DNA of 52,557 bases from contig CALSCP010001883.1 in NCBI GenBank assembly GCA_943704425.1, positions 1 through 52,557 on the forward strand, written 5' to 3'. Each line of letters begins with the position of its first letter. Position 1 is the stretch's first letter. Origin of the DNA: Ministeria vibrans ATCC 50519 (Eukaryota > Protista > Filasterea). This document shows positions 36,663 through 49,235 of this stretch, piece after piece. Made by a program: the position numbers and the translations under genes. The notes beneath the pieces are model-generated. The model did no database searches and was not told where the DNA came from. It saw nothing but the letters and a program-made list of their open reading frames with translations.

Positions 36663-39616
36663 ATGTCACTGTTGCGAACTGTCGTCGCAGCGTGCTTGTT
36701 GAGCATGGCTCTGGGAGCGGCATCGCCCGTCTCGTGGACCGTGGGCTCTCACGAGTTTCGTCGGAGCGGGCCGTTAACGTCGGCGCTGCGAGCCGACGTG
36801 ACGTTGGCGCTCCATCCGCGCGACATGGCCGCAACCATTGAGCGCATCCACTGCCATCTCAACGTCACGTACCGTGGCGAGGAGGCCACGCAGCGAATGT
36901 GCCCGCCGTTGACCCGCGACGAGCTGTACGGCGCAAAACATGCATCGACCAAGGAGACGGTGGACCGCGTCACTCGCCTCTTGCACGACGCCGGCGCAAC
37001 GCACATCCGCCTGCACGGATCCAACGACGCCATTGTTGCCAACATGGACACTGGTACTTGTGCATATTGCAGTCACCTATCCTTTTTTTTTGTGGGGTTT
37101 TTTTCCTATCTCAATTTTCTCTTTTGTACTTTCTAGCGACTTTCAACCGTCTTTTTGAGACTACTGCGCACGTGTTTGTGCACAGCGTCACGGGCGAGCG
37201 TGTAGGACGACCCACGCAGCACGGAGGGCCTGTGGACTTGGCGAAGCTGGCTCAATGGCGAAACCTGGCACAACTCATTGTGCCTGGTTCGCCGTTCCAC
37301 CAAATGCCGCGCGCTCTCCTGCACCATTCAGCTCAGAAACAGCCGCAGCAAGGGCAGGAGGTGAGCGGCAAGGGCGAGTACGGCTGGTCCGTGGTCGGCA
37401 ACAAGCGCAAGGAGGGCGCAGACGCAGACAGCGCTAAGAAGAGCGAGTACGGTTGGTCTGTCGAGACCATTCAGCCCGGTAGCGGCCCGACTCCCGTCGT
37501 CATTCCCTCGCTGCTCCACTCCCTCTACAACGTACCCCCGTCGCCCACCAACGCGTCTGACAACGGCTACAACGCCCAGGCGGTGCTCAGCATGGGACCG
37601 CGCCAGTTCAACTCCGTTGACTACGAAGTCTTCATGACACGTCTCGCCAACGCGTCCCTCAGCGACATGAGCGGCGCCGAAATCATCTTCGACGACGTTT
37701 CGCTTCCCACAGGCACAGTCGAGTGCGACACAGAATTCACCGAACAGACGCTGGACATTGAGTACATCAGTGCGCTCAATCCGTACACGGAGAACCAAGT
37801 GTGGGTTTCAGGGGACTTTCTTCAGCATGCGCTGCTTGTCATGAAGCTCACTGACTCCATTTTTGGTCCGTGGGTGCAAAGCATGTCGTACGGCCAGACG
37901 GAGCAATCGGCAGCGCAAATTGCGGGCGTCGAATACCTCACACGTCTCAACTACGAATACTCCAAGATTGTTGCGATTGGCATCACCCTTGTCGCGTCCA
38001 GTGGCGATGCCGGTGCCACCGGCTACGCCCAGGTCAACAATGACCTCTCTGCCCCGTGCGACGCCGCCGTGCCCCTCTCCCCCTTTATCCCCGCTTCCTC
38101 TCCCTACGTCGTTGCCGTCGGCGCAACAATGCTCGTGGACAACCCAAACTCGCCCGGTCAATACGAACAGGTCACCGAAAAGCAAAAAAAAAAAAAAAAA
38201 AAAATCAAANNNNNNNNNNTACACTACAACAAGTGGCTGCTCAGCATCCGTGCGTGCGATGGAAAAGAGTCACTTGTAACTGAACAGTTTGTTTTTTTCT
38301 TTTATAGGTGACATGCCAAACACGACCAGCCATCCAGAATGTGACGTCGCGCATCACCTCGGGCGGTGGCTTTTCCCTCTACTTCCGGGCTCTCTCGTAC
38401 CAGTCGGCGGCCGTCTCTCACTACACAAATTCCTCCAAAATGCCCTCCGCTTCTCTTTATTCTCCACTCAACCGTGGCTACCCCGACATTTCTGTGCTCG
38501 GCAACAAATATCAAGTAACACGCTACCATTTCAGTCGTGATTTTATTTTTTCTCAACAATTTCTTTTGTTAGATCTGCAAGAGCAACAGTGCAAACTGCC
38601 TCGAGTGCGGCGCCGACGACGAGGACACGGCGCCCAACATGGACGAGAACTACAAGAATCTTGTTGACTGTACGGGGGAGTATGTGTTTGGCACGAGTGC
38701 TAGTGCGCCCGTCTTTGCCAGTATGATTTCGCGAATCAACGGAGAGCGACGCTTGAAGGGCCAGTCCTCACTGGGCTTCATCCACCCCTACCTGTACGCG
38801 GCGGGGGCCGATGCCATTGTGGATGTGACGCAGGGGAACAATCTGGCAGACGAGTCTATCAACTACCCGGATCCCTGCTGGAATGTCAACAATGTGTACA
38901 AGTGCGACGCGTGTCTTTCGCAGACACTGCCCAATGCCACTTGTGCCTGGTGCTCAGCCCTTGGCACCTGCATGAGTGTGCAACTCTTGTCGCAGCTGTG
39001 TCCCGCACCTGCCCTCACGTCGGTTGCCGAATGTCCCGCCAAGGGCTCCTGTGGCGACATTGCCAGTTGTGACCTGTGTCATGTCAAGGCGGGCTGTGGC
39101 TGGTGCGCTACCACGACAACGTGCATGTCGGGCAACGCCACGGGACCCACGGGTGCCGGCGAGACGTGTCCGACCCTGGCCGAACTGGCGGGCAACACAA
39201 ACCTTCCTTTGATTACCATGACCTCCTGGGCCTACGGCACTAACGGTTGCTCCTCTTGCTACGGCGCCACGCTGCCCACCGATTTCTATGCCAGTGCTGC
39301 ACGCTACTGCGTCAACGGCTTCTACGCTGCGTCCGGCTGGGACGCCGTCACAGGCCTGGGCACTCCCGACTACGCCGGCCTCCACGCGCTTCTTATCAAC
39401 GCCTCACAAGCACCCGTTCCCCCCGCCAGCGACCCCTTCACCGGCTTCAACTACGAAGGGCTTGAAATTGCCTTGGGCGCTATTGCGGGTGTTGCGCTCC
39501 TCATTGCGGCAGTTTTGGGCGTGCGCCATGTCCGCTCAGCAAACCGCGCTAAAAAGTACGGCCAACTCGCGTCGCCAGCAAATGTATCTCTCCTCAACAA
39601 CAGCTCTGTTGCATAA
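36663..39616 (+). CDS. S53 (sedolisin/tripeptidyl-peptidase I-like) peptidase with prodomain, PSI-like Cys-rich insert and C-terminal TM helix, multi-exon
   Basis: Signal peptide; EQTLDIEY (E-x3-D), SMSYG, ASSGDAG (oxyanion Asp), PASSPYVVAVGAT, SGGGFS, RGYPDIS, GTSASAP (Ser), GWDAVTGLGTP; TM IALGAIAGVALLIAAVLGV. Confidence 0.9.
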
Positions 39617-39732
39617 AGCACAATGATTTTGATTTCAATCCATCGCCTCGAAGGAAATGCAACTCAATGACGTTAATATAGTTACTATTAGTATTAATAT
39701 AATTATAGTGTACATGAGAGGGAGGGGTTCGG

Positions 39733-40549
39733 TTACAGGAAGGAAAGGTCGGCCATGTCGCGCGACGCCTCTTCGGCGGGATTGAAGCGTCTGCGTCGTT
39801 GCTGGGGCGAATGGAATGTGAGTGCGTCGTTGATAATGTCGATGCAGAGACCGGTGGCGCGGGCAAGAGCGGCAGGCGTAGACCCACTGCGGGTGGTAGC
39901 GATGAGGTCTGCGCCTGAGCCGATGAGCCAGCGCACACACGTGGCCTTCTCCGAGGTGACTGCGACGTGAAGGGGCGTAAGTCCATCGTTGGTGCGCACT
40001 TCGAGATGTTTGGTGTGCGAGTCGGCGTCACAGAGAGCAGCGAGGGTCGACGGGCGTCCACTGGCCGCAGCAAAGTGGGCTGCCTGAAAGCCCGACGCGG
40101 CCACGGCACTCGTGTCGACACCCTGGCTAACGAGCCAGCGCACAGCCGTATGGCGCCCGTTGATGCACGCCACATGCAATGGAGTGTGCTGCTTGTTGTC
40201 GCGTGTCTCGAGGGCTTGCACCCCATGCATCTTGACCAAGCGGCGCAAGACATGGACACTGCCCACCTGTGCCGCCGCATGAACGCTGCTGCTTCCCGGC
40301 GAGCCCGGTGTGCTCGCCCGTGCACTCGATGCGTCGCAGCTTTCGTGCGTCGACACTGGTGAGCGCACCACCACCTGTTGCACCCGTCCGTTGTCATCAC
40401 CGTGCTGTTCCTGATGGTGGTGATGGTGGTCATCATCTTCCTCTGACGATGACGAAAAGTCGACAATGTCTGAATGGGTGGATTTGTGGGTGCGCTCATC
40501 GCGTTCCCCTCGAAAGAAACTCGTGTCCAAATCCTTGCTCCTCTCCTGC

Positions 40550-40581
<32 letters not shown>

Positions 40582-42014
40582 TTCGAGTTCCAATGCCTCT
40601 GGGGCGCGTGCGGGACGACCTCGTTTGTTCATAGACGCAGCAACACGCGGGCGGCCTGGCAGAGTGGGCGGCACGACAGGCAGTTCATCGTCATCAGTAT
40701 CGTCGTGTTGTCGTCGTGTCCGCTGCGCTCCATCCCCATCCTGCTGTGCGTCCATCATTACCTCGTCATTGTCGTCGTCTTCGATGAAAGAATCGTCTGC
40801 ATAGTCGTCGTCTTCGTCTTCGTGGATGAGAAACGCTGGCGATGCAGACTGTGCACGCTCACCACGCTCGCTCCCACTTGTGCTACCACCCTCAGTCTCC
40901 TCCTTCTCCTCTTCCTTGTCAGTCTCTTCTTCTCCGCTTTCTTCTTCGCCCTCTTTTTCTCCTTCACTCTCAGCTTCTTCACTCTCTTCCTCTTCGTCAT
41001 CACTACTCGTAGTCTCACCATCATCATCATCATCAAAAATTTCGTCGTCGTACAAATCGGCACCGTCGGGCTCTTCCTCCTCTTCCTCCTCCTTCTGCTC
41101 TCGCTGCTGCACCACCACTCGTTGCATGGGCTCTGAACGGCGGGATTCTTTTCGGGGTGGCTCGACTCGACGGGCTGGGCGTGCCTCCCGTTGCGCGAGG
41201 GACGACGCCACCAAAGGCGACTTGGCCAAGGGCTGATCTGGTTTGCGTCGTCGCGCACTGCTCGCTGCACTTCGCGTCTCAGTCGCTTGCCCTGCGCTTC
41301 GCTGAGGTTTGCGATACGGCGACACGTAGTGCCGGCGCGGATCGCTGGCGCATAGAATGCGTGCTGCAGCAAGTGTAACAATGGCGTCTGAGGCGCCGCC
41401 GCTGCTCACGACTGGTGGTCGTGCCGTCCCAGCGCTTTTTGCACGTTTCTTGCGCGGCTGGCCGGTGTGCGTGGGAGCGCTCGACTCAAGAGCCACAATC
41501 TCTTGCACGATATGGTGTGCCAGCTGAGCCCGTTCGCTTTGACGGCGCGCGCGTTCTCGCTCGCGATGCGACAACATGTCTTCGTCGAGTCGTCGGCCGT
41601 ACACGTCGACAAGACCCGCTCGACGAATGTGTGCTCTCATGCGAGGCTTGGCAAAGTATGATTGTAATGCCTCGTCCTAGAAGCGAAGCGAGAGCACATT
41701 GAGGCGTTTGTGTGTGTGTATTTTTTTTTTAAACGATTGCCATGACGACCAGTAAATAAAAAACAAATAAATGCTTGCGCTTGCTGTCATACCCTGGTGG
41801 GATCGTAATCGAGAATTGAAGGGCCTCGCGTACTAGCGGGGGGTCTCCAGGGACTGGTGTCGAACTGTGCTTCGCGACGGCGGATCGTGAGCTGATCCTG
41901 CAAGTTGCGCGCCAGTGCCTGAATGGCCGCCGGCGATCGACCCGCCGACGCATGGCTCAAGTCAATTTGAGTTGGTTCAGGACGATGGCCGGCCGACTTT
42001 GAACGGCGGCTCAT
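39733..42014 (-). CDS. Protein with ERICH3/FSIP2-like N-terminal motif, long acidic linker and C-terminal ankyrin repeats (2 exons)
   Basis: Spliced LDYDPTR|DEALQSYFAKPRMRAHIRRAGLVD; Glu/Asp-rich tract; ankyrin motifs TPLHVACINGR, AAHFAAASGR, GLTPLHVAV, GSTPAALA. Confidence 0.78.
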
Positions 42015-42482
42015 TAGTAAAAAAGAAGTATTTAGTTTAATTATTTTAGTTATCCATGAGATTTAGTATCAGTGGGTCTATGGGCTAATCACGGGCTAAT
42101 TGGGCTTTTGGGACATTCTCGTCTAGAAGTCTACACTCTACAGTGGAAGTTTTATCATTTGTGCTGCTCTTTGTTTTGCTATTTGTATATAGTCTTGAGG
42201 GTCCGTCTTGGGTTTGAAATCAAGTACACCTCTCGTTTCTTTATTTATTTTTGCGCAATGGGAGTGTTGTGCAGTGGCTGCATCATATGGGTAGGAACGG
42301 GTGCCGTCGTTGTTCTCTGGTTGGCTGTCACGTACGCAGAAGTGGGTGTGGTGTGGTGGATCTCGATGCTTCATTTGAGCGACTGTCCAGTGGGCAGTTC
42401 AAATATTTAAATGCGACCAGCAACGGGGACAACTCACTCACCGGACAAGACTATTATTATTAATTTTGAATTTTCACTTTTT

Positions 42483-45400
42483 TCACCACTCGTCCACTTG
42501 GAAGTTCCGTAACAGCACACCAGACTCGGGCTGATCTCCACGCGCCACACTCTTATACCCGTCAAGAACTGGGTCAAGGACGCGTGCTGCTCCATCTTCG
42601 TTGCTCAGTGGCGGTGTCTTGGACCAACGTGTGGGCACACCGGGCCGCTGCCGACTCACCCAGCCTGTGTCGACTGCGGTGACAAAGACACCCGCTGGGG
42701 CAAGCTGCGTTGCCGTTGAGCGCGTCAGCTGGTTCAGTGCCGACTTGGCCATGTTGGTGTGCACATGCTCGCCCGTCTTTTCCGCTCCCGCACGTCCGCC
42801 AAAGGAACCCTCGGGCGACGTCACATTGACAACGAAACCCGGCTCGGCGCGGCCCATCATGCGCGGCACAAGTGTCTCCATGAGCATGGTGGGCGCAATC
42901 ACATTGATTAACTGCACCTCAAGCATCTCAGTAAACGACACCTGTTCGCGCCCAAACAGACCTCGATTCCAGCTCGTCTCGCGCCTCAAGTCCACGGGAA
43001 CACCGTCACGGTCCACACGTCCCGCGGGAAACCACTGCGTGTGATTGTGCTTCTCCAGCGATGCGTAATCTTCGTCGCACAGTGGCATCGTTGCTAGTTG
43101 TGCCGCGCTGTGTTGCGTGAGTGCCATTGAATTTGATGTGAACGACCGCGTCGGGTGTCCTGACGTCGAGGTCAGAGCATCGTCACAATCAACCATCTCC
43201 CATGAAGACGACGACGACGACGAAGAGCTGTCACCATCGTCGTCGTTGCCGTTCTTCTCCGTGAGTGGCGGTACACATCTCCCTCCCGGCAATGCCGACA
43301 CTGGTACGTAGCCTTCTTCGCGTGCCGCCTGCTCCAGGTAGTAGCCGGCCGGGCGTCGAATGGTCTGCGCTGCGTTGTTGATGAGAATGTCGACACGGCC
43401 CGACACCCCGAGCGCGTCCACAATACGACCAATGCTCACCTCGACAAAGCGAAAGTCCACTTCAACGAGTGCAAGGCGATCGGCCCAGTCGGCGTAGTCG
43501 GGTTCGTTGCGGTAGCGTGTGCGTGCGTCCGTCGGGAACCGTGTCGTTGCAATCACTTGGGCACCCAGGCGCAGCAAGCGCACTGCAATAGCGTAGCCAA
43601 TTTTAATGCGTGCGCCCGTCACCACCGCTGTTTTCCCATGCAGATCCACCTTTTGGTTGCGCTTGTGAGCGTTCAACGCAGCGCACTCGTGGCACACCGG
43701 CACCTGCATTGGACTGAGCGTGTCGCCATCTTCGGCGTACGTCTGATGCGGGACGCACTCGGGCGTCACGCGCTTCATGCACATGTAGCATGACGGCAAG
43801 TAGACACTGGCGTCGCCCGTGCCCACCAGTCGATTCCATTTGAAGGTACTTCCGCGCCACACCTCGCCCACGTCGTCGCCCACCGCAAAGCCATGGCGTC
43901 GATTGAGTACGTTCACAATTCGATGGGTGTCACGCTCAAAGCGTAAATGAGGTCCAAACGCATACTCGAGCTCGAGGTCATCTTCGTCGGGCACATGCCG
44001 TTGGCCCGCCAACTTTGAAGCGTCAAGAACCACCTCAGGTGTGTCGGCCCAGTAGCGTCGCAGGCGTACATGCCAGTCGCGAATGACCCGCTGGGCGATG
44101 GTGGCGGCCAAGACGCTTGTCGAGGAGTACACCTCGTTCATCGCTCTGTACGACTCGCTCAACAGTCCCAAATCCACTGCTTCACGGCACACTACATCGC
44201 AGCGCGGCTCATGCTTGCAAACCTATAATAATAATAATAATAAAATTAAAAAACCAATACAAAACTTTTGGTTTAGTTTGAAAAATAGCTGAGCAATATT
44301 AAATCACCTCAAAGCAAAGCGACGAGAAGCCTCGATTGGCGTACTTGATGAGACGGTGCGCTTGACGAGGACGACGTAATACACCGGGCTCAACCAGATT
44401 GCTATGCGTGTTTACAGCGCGCACCGCTCGCTGAGTCGCAAATACCTTAAAAAGGAATAAGTTTTATTGTTCTTGTTCTCGAATGAATTCAAGGTATTAC
44501 CTCAGAGCCGTCGTAGGCAAAAGCAGTGCAATCCAGGTCGCAAAAAGTCAAGAGCTCGTCGAGGGAGCGACTGACTAGCAGAACCATCTGAACGGGGCGA
44601 TAGGGTGCGCCCGCAATGAGCGTGACTGTGTTTGGTGTGGCCACCAACTTGACGGAGCCAATGTGTCCTTGAGCCTCCAATTGCGCCTTCACTTGCGCCA
44701 CCACTGTTTCCACCTGTGATCGAACCTTATTATTATTATCCAAAAAGACGTATTAATATTATTGTTTGTCATTGATTAATATTAGCAAAAAAACAAACAA
44801 ACAAATATTATATACCTTTTCGAGTGAATCTCCAATGAGGAACAAATCTATGTCCGCGTCGCCAAATGGCCCCTCGTCGTAATGCTTTCTCAGCTACGAA
44901 TAATAATAATAATAAAAAATAATTATATTAATTATTATTATTATATAATAAAACTAATATTATAATTATTATAAATTATAATTATATCAATTATTAATTT
45001 TATTATTATTATTGTTATTGTTATTAAGAACACTAAATTCTCCCTTTTGTCTTACTTGAGCTTCGTAGGCTTGTAGGGGCTGCGAGAAGACATTGCCCAC
45101 ACGTTCTATGTGGTCAATGAGCTCCGGTGGCAAACGTAGCTGCCACACAGCACGATTGTAATCGCAGAGCTCGCGACGCATCTGCGCGAGCTCCTTTGGT
45201 AAAGGCAGCAGAGCAGCGAGCACGACACTGCCTGCAAGCACAAGTGAGGTGCAATCGAGTTGCACACGATCGAGCATGCCGTGGGTGAGGACATGAAGAT
45301 TGTGCTTGAAGACTGCTAGCGAGTCGACAACACTACACTCATTTTGTGTTGGACGCGCGTCAGCACCCTTGCCAACCAACATGGGGTGGCTGCGCTCGCT

Positions 45401-46269
45401 GCGGTTGAGACTACGTCGTTCAACAACGACCGCGTGGCTGTGCAGTGGGTAAAGCGGAAACGGTTTGCAGGCGGAGTGGGCGGGAAGCTCGAGCTGGAGC
45501 ACACTTGTTGTGGGAGTTGCATTGTCGTTGGGTTCTTCGACGGGGCGCTGTCCAATGAAGCGCTTGCGAGCGGCAAATATTTCACGCGAGAGGCTCTCAT
45601 TGAGCATGTCTCCTGTAATCACCTCGCTCCAGGCGACATTGTACGCCTGTGTGTGGTAGAGATGACGGTCGAGCTCGCACGCAAGTGTGTACAGCAGGTG
45701 ACTCACGAGCAGTTGACCATAGCGAAGTGACCCGGAGTTGATCGCCCTCGCAAAAGACACGATTTTGATGCGACCGTTCTCGACACAGGCGCGTGACTCG
45801 ACACCAGCCTGAGAAAAAATTTAGTGTGGAGCAAACAACAGTAGATAAATTTTAATGTTACGGCTCGCGCAAGGGTGCCAAAGTCCTCAACGTCTGCGAG
45901 GGAAGGAGGCGCCCGAGACACCTTTTCCGCTGACGAAGAGGAATGTTCTATTGATCTTGTGGCTGTTGTCGAAGAGCTGCTGCGTGCTGCCACTGCCGTC
46001 CAGGGGGTGCGGGTGTTGTTTGCGCGCGAAAAGTTCGACCGAGCGGAACCGGGAGCGCCACGTCTGCTCGACGCGTTGTTGGTGGGCAAGAAAAAGCGAC
46101 CTTTGTGCTTAAAATCACGCTCGTAGGCAAGCTGGGTCTGACGCGACCGCTCACTTGCAGACCGGCGACTGGATATGTACTCTTTGCGAGTTCGATGGTC
46201 GCATCGAGTGGCGTACGAAATGCGCGCTTGACGACGCGCACTGCGGGCCAGGTAGACGTAGTCGTCCAT
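42483..46269 (-). CDS. ~1113-aa fusion of a Pol-beta-superfamily nucleotidyltransferase-like domain and a Cys-motif atypical SDR; exons 46269-45862, 45808-45056, 44893-44816, 44725-44501, 44445-44308, 44222-42483
   Basis: Five phase-0 GT-AG introns give one open frame. NTase-like: LVLAGSVV..DADIDLFLIG..TVTL..PVQMVL..DLDCTAFAYDG..RAVRA..RLIKYANRGF. SDR: CYMC..CHEC, VVTGARIKIG, TTRFP, LINNAAQT, HTNMAKSALN, AVDTGW, DGAARVLDP. Confidence 0.8.
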
Positions 46270-46588
46270 GGGGGGAAGCAAGCGCAATCAATGAGAACAG
46301 CAAACGAAGAAGAAAGAGTGAGTGGTGAGAGGTGGAAGAACGAGCGTCTGTCATTGTTTTTGTTGATGATGCAACAGAGGAAGTGTCTGGAACAAAAAAG
46401 AGCGCATCATCATCATGATGGTTGCTTTGTTTGTGTGTGCAGCCAACAAAACAAACTCAGCTGGCTCTGTGAGCTCTGTGCAAAATGCGAGGATTTAACA
46501 TAGAGAGAGAGAGAGAGAGAGAAAGGAGGAGGATCAATAGTTTCAATACTTATTTTCTCTATTTATTTTTCTTTTTTGGCGTTTGGGA

Positions 46589-47707
46589 ATGACAAGTGCG
46601 CCTAACGATGGTGTCCGAATGGCATCGGATTACGCCAGCAGATCGGATTTGCAGTCAATGGTCGCCAAGGCACTGAGCGAGGTTCTTCGCGAAGCTGTTC
46701 AAGAACACTCTCTCCCGTCGCCTTATGCGGCGCTCGACTGCGGCGTTGCGACCGGATTGCAGTCGTCTGAGTTGTGCAAGGTTGTGCTAGAGTCGCTGCC
46801 GGCCTCCGATGACGAGGTGCGCGAGGAATGAGCCGACGAGTTAGTTTTGTACGTCACCTTGTTTATTGTCTGTCCCCAGATTCACTGGGTGCTTAACGAC
46901 ACTCCCTCCAACGACTGGAACACCTTATTTGGTACCGTTGCGGCGTCGCTGAAGGAGACGGGCCGAGCCTTCTTCTCCGGTGTGGGCAAGTCGATGTACG
47001 GCCCGCTGATGCCGTCGTCGTCGCTGTCGCTGGTCGTCTCGTCCACCGCTTTGCATTGGTACGGCGGCCACTCGCTTCCCTTGTCGGGCGATCACTTCTT
47101 TAGCTTCTGCGAGGAATCACCCGCTGCCACCACCGACTTTCTTGCGCTCTGGTCGTGCTTTTTGCACGAGCGTCTGCGCGAGCTCAAGTCTGGCGGTCTC
47201 TTTGTTGCGTCCATTCCCACCGCGTTTGATCGCACGTCGTTCATTTATGCACTCACTGAGGAGACCTCCAAATGCATTATGAGCTCACCCGAGCTACAAG
47301 ATGCGCACGGTGTGCGTCTGCCCTTCACACGCGGCCCAATCCACCTGGTGTCGCTCGAGGAGCGTCTCGCAACCATCACGGACACGCCAAGGCTGGCCGC
47401 TGGCTTCCGTGTGCTCCTGGCACGCGACAACGACGACCCCATCACGCCATGGTACCAGAACTACCTTCAAGCTGACGACAAGGCGGCCGCAGCACAGACC
47501 TTTGTCACCACTGCCGTGTCCAACCTAATGATGGGCGTTGCGGCGGGCGTACTCACCGACGCTCTCGAGCACGCCAACTGTCCCGACATCCCCGCCCGCC
47601 TTGCCCGCCTCCAACACGCCATTGTTGATGCCGCCTTGTCCCGCTTTCAGGCCGCTCCTTCCGACGTCATTTATCCTTCATGCACCATTGTCCTGCAGAA
47701 AGTGTAA
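46589..47707 (+). CDS. SABATH-family SAM-dependent carboxyl methyltransferase; intron about 46817-46879
   Basis: LDCGVATG, LNDTPSNDWNTLF, GVGKSMYGPLMP..SLSLVVSSTALHW, FLHERLRELKSGG. Confidence 0.85.
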
Positions 47708-47990
47708 TAATAATAAAATTAATTATTTTTATTATATTATTATAATAATAACAATCATTATAATTATTCATAATAATTAACAAATGGGTTGTATTCTTCT
47801 TCTTCTAATTAATAATATTTTAGTATTGGCGTACCATTGCAATTATCTCACTGAATAGCGATTGCACTCGTGCTTTTGTTGTTGATCCTGTGATGTATTC
47901 TTCTTCTTCTTTCCTTCTTCTTCTTCTTCTTATTATTATTTTTGTTATTATTTCTGTATGATTTCTTTGGGAGAATGTGAAAGGAGACCA

Positions 47991-49196
47991 ATGTCAGTGG
48001 ACGAAGGTGCGCGGCTTGTACATCTCATGATTGGTGACAAAGACGGACCGTTGAATGGAAAGTTTGCATCGCGGTTTCCTCTGCTTGATTCAACTCTTGT
48101 AATGAACGTGCCTGCGACAATCGAGGCGCACTTCAGGCGTGGCGAGCCAGACACACACACGCTTGCGTCTCAGCTGGACGCAACGCATCCAGTGGCGTCG
48201 CGGCTGCTCTTAGCGTCCGTCGAAGAGTACACCACTCGACACGCATTACGCGCGCAGCGACACAGAGTGGCGCGCGGCGCATTTGGCGCTGTGTTTGCCT
48301 TTGGTGGGGCGACTGCAGTCAAAGAGATCCCAGCCTTCTCTCACGATGGACGGTGTGTCTTTGTAGACGTGTACAACGAAGTCCGGTACTTTGACTCATG
48401 GGATCAGACCTTGTTTTGATACGTTGAATTTTTGTAACTGGCAGGATTTTGAGCAAACTTGTGGATGTGGAAGGAGTGATCAAGTTGCTCGATTATGGAC
48501 GCGATCCATACGTCTTTTGGTTGTGTATGCCGCTGTTTGAGCAAAATGCAAGAGAGGTAAGTAAATCAGTTTCATTTTTAAGCACCGAGTCGGTTTGAGC
48601 CGTTCTTTGTGAATTGCTTTCTTCAGTGGCGCCACGAAAAGGGACTTCAGCTGGACAAAGCAATGCATATTCTGGAGCGAGTGGCGACGACTCTTGCTGA
48701 AATTCACGGGCAGCATGGAATTAGCCACTGTGACGTGCGCGGTGCAAATGTACTACTGAGGCCGTTGGGTGAGTCACCTTCGGACATGTCAGTGGTGTTG
48801 GCTGACTTTGGAAGTGCCGTGGAATCACAAGGATCGTATGAGTGCACATGGGGTCGTGGGGGTGTGGATGGGCTGAGTGCACCCGAGTCACGCGCAGCAG
48901 AAGCAGACGAAGTGGGAGTACCTATTGGCTGTGCGGATGTCTGGTCGCTTGGCTGTCTCCTTTTTGAATTGCTCACCGATGCCTTTTTACTGCTCACCAG
49001 CGATGACACTCCGGACTGGTCCGCTACCGGTCTACAGCTCGAGAATGCTCTCGAGATGAACCAACCAAATTCAAAGAAGCGTGAGTGTGCGGCTTTTCGG
49101 ACACTCATTGACACACTCGTGTGTCCCCAGTGGGCCTTGCGACCTTCAAGCACGGACGCAATGCATCTGATCAAACGAATGTATCATATAGAATAG
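47991..49196 (+). CDS. Divergent non-RD protein kinase (3 exons)
   Basis: ARGAFGAV, AVKEI, NE, LLDYG, HCDVRGANVLL, ADFGSA, SAPE, ADVWSLGCLLFEL, LRPS. Start could be 47958. Confidence 0.82.
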
Positions 49197-49235
49197 AGAG
49201 GTTTGTACAATGCAATACACACAAAAAAGAGACAG

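Noticed and set aside
42072-42463. Short ORFs between the ankyrin gene and the SDR fusion
   Set aside because: No homology signal or convincing gene structure.
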